Assembly (NCBI RefSeq): GCF_009914755.1
Contig: NC_060925.1
DNA: 64,000 nt
Origin: the human T2T-CHM13v2.0 reference genome, Homo sapiens
Direction: 5' to 3' (one strand)
Shown piece after piece: positions 54,602 to 64,000 of this stretch. The position numbers were made by a program, and so were the translations under genes. The notes beneath the pieces are model-generated. The model was not told the DNA's origin. It did not search any database and was given only the letters and a program-made list of their open reading frames with translations. The stretch's first letter is position 1. Each line of letters starts with the position of its first letter.

Positions 54602-56464
54602 TGTTGGGAATTTCTGCATCTGGGTTTGTGAGAGATATTGGTTGCTAACTTTCCTTTCTGGTAATGTCTGTGTCTAGTTTTGTATTAGGATAATCCTAGC
54701 TTCACAGAATAAGTTAGGAAGTATTCCTTTTGCTTCTGTTTTCTGGAAAAGAGTGTAGAGAATTGGCAGAGTTTCTTTGTTTAATGTTTGGTAGAATTCA
54801 CCAATAATCCATCTGGGCTTGGTGCTTTCTGTTATTACTGATTCAATTCCTTTAATAGATATGGACCTATTCAGATTATATATTTATTTCTGTGTAGGTT
54901 TTGTGTGCATTTTAGTAGATTGTGCCTTTCAAGGGATTGGTTCATTTCATCTAGCTTATCAAATTTGTGGGCATAGGCTTTTTCATAATATTCCTTTATT
55001 ATTCTTTAAAAGTCCACGAGATTAGTGGCAGTCCTCTTTTATTTCTGATATTAATAATTTGTATCTTCTCTCTTTTTTCTTAATTAACCTGACTAGATGT
55101 TTATCAGTTTTATTCATCTTTTCAATGGACCAGCTTTTGGTTTTATTGATTTTTTCTCTAGGATATCCTATTTTAAGTTGTTTCATTTCTGCATTTATTT
55201 TGATTACTTGTTTTCTTCTGCTTACTTTGATTTTAATTTGCTCTTCTTTTTTCTCATTTCTGAAGGTGGAAGCTTAGATTATTAATTTTAGATCTTTCTT
55301 CTTTCCAAATATATGCAGTTAATGCTATAAATTTCCCTCTAAGCACTGCTTTCACTGCATTCTACAAATTTTGATAGGTTGTATTTTCATTTTCACTTAG
55401 TTCAAAATATCTTTAAATTTCTCCTGAGACTTTTTCTTTGACTTCTGTGCCATTTAGAAGTGGATCGTTTTATCCAAGTAATTGGGGGTTTCTCCCACTG
55501 TCTTTGTATTACTGATTTCTAGTTTAATTGTACTGTCATCTGAGAGCAAATTTTATACAGTTTCTATTCTTTTAAACTTGTTAAGGGGCGCTTCATAAAC
55601 CAGAATGCAGTCTCTTGGTGAATTCTGTGTGAGTTTAAGAAGGATGTGTATTCTGCTATTAATGGATGAAGTATTCTATAAATGTCAATTAGATGCAGTT
55701 GATTGATGATGTTGTTCAGTTCAACTATATCTTACTGATCTTCTGCCTACTGGATCTGTCAATTACTGATAGAGGGGAGTTGAAGCTTCCAAATATAAAA
55801 GTGAATTTATCTATTTCTCCTTGGATTTTTATCAGTTTTCTCTCACACATTTTGTCTCATGTCAGTTCTTTTAGGTGCATGCACATTAAGAATTGTTATG
55901 TCTTCTTGGAAAATTGACCCTATATCATTACATAATGTCTCTCTTTATTTTGATAATTTTCCTTTCTCTGGAGTCTACTTTGTCTGAAATTAATTCGTGG
56001 GCTAGAATTTGATATTTTCCTTCCTCCATGTTGGTTAGGCTCTGGCTAAATAGTTTCTCCTGAGGGGAAGCCTTGTTAAAAAGAACAGAATGTTCTGGTG
56101 TATTTTTAAATGGTTACTTTTCTTCTCCCTGGCCAGAAGTACAAGGAGTTTTTCTTCAGTCTTTACAGAAGTTGGTATATATCCAGTGCCTACAACCCCT
56201 TTGCATAGCAATTGGGGATTATCTATTAATACAGAAGAAGTGCAACCTCAGGGCCCATGATTCTGCTTGTCACATATGTGCACAGGAACCTTAGAGAACA
56301 CTCATCACAGCACTGTGTGTAAAGAGTTTACAAATGAATGAACGACTTGTGGATAACTAACATTACCAGGGGTTTCCAGCAGCAGCAACGTGTGTTGAGC
56401 TGGAGCTACTTGTACTAACATGGGTAAATCTCAAAAACAAAATAAGTTTAAAAACCAAATTGCA

Positions 56465-57658
56465 TATACTATACACAAAAATTAACTCAAAATGAATTAA
56501 AGACCTGAAAGTATAATATGAAAGTCATAGAAGAAAACATATGGGAAAAACTTCATGATATTGAATTTGGCAAGAATTTCTTGGAGGTAGCCCCAAAAGC
56601 AGAGGCAACAAAAGCAAAAATAGACTAATGGGATGACATCAAGCTTAAAAACTCTGCAGCAAAGGAAACAATTAACAGAGTGAAAAGACAACCTATGGAA
56701 TGGGAGAAAATATTTTTAAATGATACATCTGATAAAAAGTTAATAGTCAGAATATATAAAGAATTCCTACAACTCAATAACAACAACAACAAACCCAAAT
56801 AACCCTATTTAAAAATGGGCAAAGGACTTAAATAGATATTTCTCCAAAGAAAATATACAAATGGCCAACAAACACATGAAAAGATGCCCAACATCACTAA
56901 TCACTAAGGAATTCAGTCAAAACCACAATGAAATATCACTTCATACCCATTGGGATGGCTAGTATAAAAACAAAAAACAGAAAATAAATTTTGGCAAGGA
57001 TGTGGAAAAATTAGAACCCTTGTTCAGTGTTGATTGGAATGCAAAATGTTGTAGTCACTGTGAAAAACAGTATGGAGATTCTTCAAAAAAATAAAAATAA
57101 AACTACCATATGATCCAGCAATCCTACTTCTGGGTATGTATCCAAAAGAATTGAAAACAGGATATTTAAGAGATATTTGTACACCCATGTTTACAGCAGA
57201 ATTATTCACAAAAGCCTAGAGGTGAAAGCAACGTAAATATCCATCAATGGGTGAATGGATAAAGAAGTGTGCTCTGTAAAGACAATGGAATATTATTCAT
57301 CCTTAAAAAGGAAGGAAATTCAGTTGCATGTTACTCAGTGGATGAACCTTGAGGATATTATGCTATGTGAAATAAGCCAATCACAAAATACAAAAAGTGT
57401 ATGATGCCACTTGTAAAAGGTGTCTAGAGTAATCAAACTCACAGGAACACAATGGTGGCTGCCAGGAGCCAGGGAAGTAGGGGTGAGGAGTTGCTTTTCA
57501 GTCGGTGCAGAGTTTCAGTCATGCAGGAGGGGAAAGGGGGCTTAGGAATCTGTTGCACAACACTTTAAGTGTGGTTAACAATATTGTACTCTACAAGTAG
57601 AAATTGTTGGGAGGGTGAATTTTAGGTTATGTGGTTTTTTGCCCTAATTTTCTAAAAT
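56465..57658 (+). mobile_element. 5'-truncated L1MB2/3-like element inserted into an older L1ME-like remnant (about 56260-57970)
   Basis: ORF2 end plus 3' UTR. TSD AAAAACCAAATTGCA (56450-56464) / AAAAAGCAAGTTGCA (57659-57673). Confidence 0.85.
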
Positions 57659-58708
57659 AAAAAGCAAGTTGCAGAGTCATATGTACAGTAAAAAGTCAAA
57701 GGATTTTAAAACACAAAACAATGTCACATAGAGTTTATTTATAGATGCATACATATATAGTAGAAATATTAAAGCAAGCATGAGAAAAATAAATAGAAAT
57801 CGATGTTGGCAATGACCTCTGGGAAGAGAGTTGTATGGTATGGGTCAGGATTCTAGAGGAATAGTCATGTTTTATTTTTATTTCTTAAGATCTGGAGTGA
57901 AGTGGGTAAATTTTTAAAAGATTTGTTTTCAAGATTTTTTTATTTTTCCATTTGTTTGAAAAACCTGATCATTTTAAATAAAATCCTGGAGGCTCCCTCC
58001 TGCTCCCGACCCCTGACCATCCCGGTCACCTCCCTGCAGCCAGGACCAGCAGGGCAGGCAGTGCTGGAACCTTCTGCTGCTGTCAGAGTAGCCTCCACAT
58101 GCTGGCATGTGCTTGTGATTATTGGAACTCATTCCTGGCTTTATTTATGCCACAGACAAAAATAATTCTCCCTTCCTGGGAGACATGTCATGGCTCCAGA
58201 ATGTCTTGGGAGGAGAGAGCCAGAGGGTGGGACTCTTGGGGCCACACGCGTGCCTCTGCTCATCCAGACTATACCCAGGGCCAAGGGGGTGATAGACAGA
58301 TGCCAGGCTCCTATTCCTTGAGAGCGAGGTCTGAGCTGGGATAATCCTTAGAGTCCAAATCAACCCGAAATATACATCAACCCTGTCCATCTCTGTTTCC
58401 CCCAAGGACCCCAGGTTAGTTGAGGTAACTCCAGGGCAAGCCCAAATCATACCAGGGTATAATTTAGGGGAGTGCAGGCTTCAGGCCAGACCAATCCCTG
58501 ATGTTCCCTTTTTCCTCAGCATTCCCTGCAACAGAGCCTCACCTACCTTCGGGGCACTGCTGTGACATTTGGGGTTTCAAGAAAGGCTCAGAGTCAGCCT
58601 CACTTCAGGGAGAACCCAGGCCTGGCCTGAACCCCACGCTTCCCCTGACTCCAGGACCTAGCCTGACCCACCTTCGAGATTTCATCTCGGGCCAGCCCCT
58701 CCCACGCC

Positions 58709-58866
58709 GGGGTCCGGAGTCAGTGTGGGCTGTAACCCCCGGGGTCAGGAGTCAATGTGGGCTGTACCCCCTGGGGTCAGGAGTCAGCGTGGGCTGTACC
58801 CCCTGGGGTCAGGAGTCAGCGTGGGCTGTACCCCCTGGGGTCAGGAGTCAGTGTGGGCTGTATCCC
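58709..58866. repeat. GC-rich minisatellite, 5 x 32 bp
   Basis: Consensus GGGGTCAGGAGTCAG(T/C)GTGGGCTGTACCCCCT. Units start at 58709, 58741, 58773, 58805 and 58837. Units 3 and 4 are identical. Confidence 0.95.
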
Positions 58867-59697
58867 GGTGGCATCCACCTGACTACTGTGCAGGCGGCTG
58901 GCGGCAGGTCCCGGACACATTGGGACGTGGTGTAGTTTTCATGCTGTGGAAGGCACCCTCCTTTCCCTGGCAGAACCAAAGGCCTGGCTAAGCACCTGTG
59001 GGGCTGGTCTGCACTGCTGTACTCCTCCCCACTCCCCTTCCCTCTGATACTGTGGGAGGGTCACCCCAATTCTCTTGGTCTTTCCTGGTGAACTTTCTGT
59101 TGGGCCTTAGGCACCTGCAGGTTGGAATGATAGGCTCTGGTCCACTTTCCAGCCCCAGGTGAAAAAGCTCAGGTCAACCTTTTCCCCTTCATTTTTCTTT
59201 CTCCCAGGGCTCTGCATGGACCCCTTTACACACAGCTCTGCCGCACAGGCTGCTGCCAGGTATAGAATCACTGCCGGCTCAGATACCAGGATGTGAAAAA
59301 AATCAGGACGAGCCTTAGAAAAGTAAGAGGATGGTGATTAAACACATAAATAAATAAAGCAATTAGGAGGAGGATGCATAACCAAAAAGCAAGGTAAGGA
59401 GAAAGAGGAGGGGACTTCGGGCAAGGCCTCTCCAGTTACTGTCATTAGAGCAGAAATCTGAGAGAGGTGAGGGGCCAGCCAGCGGGAAGGGCACCCCAGG
59501 TGGGGAACGACAGGTGTGAGGTTCTGAGGACAGGGGTGGGGCTGGGCTGGGCAAGGCCAAGGAGGGAGAGAGAGGCCAGAGCTTTGAGCACAAAAGGAAT
59601 GAGATCCTTGTCACTCATAGGGCCAATGTTGGAAGCAGGACCCCAAGTAGGAAGCCACTTCGAAAGTCCAGGGGCGGTGACCAGGTTTGGGCAGTTT

Positions 59698-61179
<1,482 letters not shown>

Positions 61180-61383
61180 TATCTGGGTCCTGCCGGTTAC
61201 TGGGCAGCCGCCCTTGGTTCCTTTCTTTTCCTCATGCCCACAGCTCTCCTTCCAAAACTGCTGTGAGCTTGCCTTAGATTGAAGGCTTACCCAGCACTTA
61301 GCAAAAGGTTACCCAAGACTTACCAAAATGACCTCTTTTACATACTAATTCCTCCCCCTGCACTCCTTATCCTGCTGTTTTTA

Positions 61384-61714
<331 letters not shown>

Positions 61715-61719
61715 TATCA

Positions 61720-62034
<315 letters not shown>

Positions 62035-62218
62035 ATTGACTTACTTATTATGTTAGATGTTTGTCTGCCCCATCCCCACCACTCCCATAAAGGCAGAGGG
62101 TTTTATCTATTTCATACCTGCTGCATCCCCAGCGCCGAGAATAATGCTTGGCCCAGACCAGTCATTCAATAACTGTATCTTGAGTAAACAGAGAGAATTT
62201 ATCAGAAGCTACTAGAAT

Positions 62219-62485
<267 letters not shown>

Positions 62486-64000
62486 TCATGCCTCCCTCCA
62501 GGGGATATACCCAGTATATGAGCAAGACAAAGCTGCCAAGCAGGGACCTCCTTGCAGGGGCCACCCCTCAGAGTAAAGAGGCTCTACTGGAGGTAACAGT
62601 GCCCAGGGGAGCTAGCTGAGGGAGAGCCAGCCTTTTTGGCAAGCCACCACAACTAAAAACAAGGCTGCCCTGCCAAGCCACACAAGTCTGAAACTCACCG
62701 TGCTGTTTCCACGATGCTGTTTCCATAGCTCTTTAGGACCTGTTCGTCCAAAGGCTGGTGGTGGTGAGAAATAAAATGGAAATTGTCACAAATGAAGCTT
62801 TTAGAGTGGGTTTTCTCTCTCTTGCTAAAGCCTCTCACTGCAGCTTGAATTCAGGATATGCACAAAGAGATACTGGAGGACAGTCTTTGGGGGTGGGTAG
62901 GGGAAGGGGTCACTCAAGTAATCAGCTTTTAAAATGCAATTTAATACAAATATTGATTGAATACCTGCTGTGTACAAGGCTCTCTTTGGGGATGTGGGCT
63001 CTGAACCAGAGTAAGATGTGGGCAAGAGACCCTCTGAGGCTAGAGCTGCCTCTGAGAGCCCTCCAAGGGGAGCCAGGAGAGGCCTCAGTTCATTTAACAT
63101 GCAAATGTGAGCAGCATCCTCTCCAGGCAAAGCTTCATTGCTCCTGTTTCGTTATAGCTTCTTCCTTCCCAGGGAATGAAGCTTCCCAAGAGAAAACCCA
63201 CATTTTCAAGCTGCACTGTTGATTGGTCACGATCTCCCCACCCCCACGTGCCCCTTCTTAGCTAGACTCCATTGTAATAGCTGGTGACTTCTCCCCGGTT
63301 CACAGGATTTCATGTGGTTCACCTACAAGCCTCATTTCATTTTATAGTCACTATTTTCTCAGCCTTCCCTAACAGCAGATGTGGCTGAAGTAGCTATTTC
63401 TCAGATTGGGTTACCCAGAAAGTATCTTTGATATACAAAAGGCTATTTATTCTCTTCCACCATGCATATCCCAGGCTCACGCTAAGCCTTTATATTTTAT
63501 TCATTAAGTCAGTCCTCAAAATCCTGATGACAGCTCAGGCAGTAGATCAGAGAAGGAAACAATTTTTCCATTTTCCACCTGGGAGGTGGAGTTCCACGTG
63601 CCATCACCAAGTAAGGGTGGGGTTGCCTCTGTGAGCAGCCTCTCCACAGGCTGCTTTGCTGTCTTCATAGTTTGGGGGTGGCAGGAAATAAAGATGGCTG
63701 AGCACCTGCAGCTGCTTCTTCCGGAGCAATCATGAGGTAGTTTCTGGTGTCCTGTCCCAGCTCATACATGCTGCGTTGCTTGTGGGTGGTGATGGCTGAG
63801 GTGTGGCCTTGTCCCTGGCTGGGTGGTCCCAACTTCTCTATTGCTGGCTGGGTGGCATCCAAGTCTACTCTCTGGCCCTCCTGGAGATTCTTCAAATTCC
63901 CTAGAATAATGCAAGAAATTCACCCCTCGCTTAAACTAGACAGACAGGGCTGTTAGGATAGGAGGGGAGATTCCACCAGTCCCAATTAGTCCAATGGTAA

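Noticed and set aside
58709-58866. 32-bp repeats as a possible CRISPR array
   Set aside because: The units are contiguous with no unique spacers, there are no cas genes, and the context is primate. It is a minisatellite, and the ORFs over it are artefacts.

Overview
Primate (human-like) non-coding genomic DNA. I find no credible protein-coding gene, rRNA, tRNA or CRISPR array. About half or more of the window is recognisable interspersed repeat: AluJ/AluS and monomer SINEs, MIR, L2, several L1 layers (L1MB, L1MC, L1PB1, L1PA16-like, L1ME), about a dozen solo LTRs and hAT DNA transposons. The only gene-derived feature is a disabled processed pseudogene of ISCA1 (Fe-S cluster A-type carrier) at 12715-13361. 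It is inserted, with target-site duplications (TSDs), into ORF2 of a near-full-length old L1. The most unusual items are: a 185-bp patch of five consecutive hairpins plus direct repeats (8065-8248); similar small template-switch-like patches (12816-12862, 42380-42418, 46348-46391); an old inverted duplication around 59.3-62.1 kb; and a 5x32-bp minisatellite. I see no evidence of a new multi-gene system. Repeat subfamily names come from my recall of consensus sequences and need RepeatMasker/Dfam confirmation.
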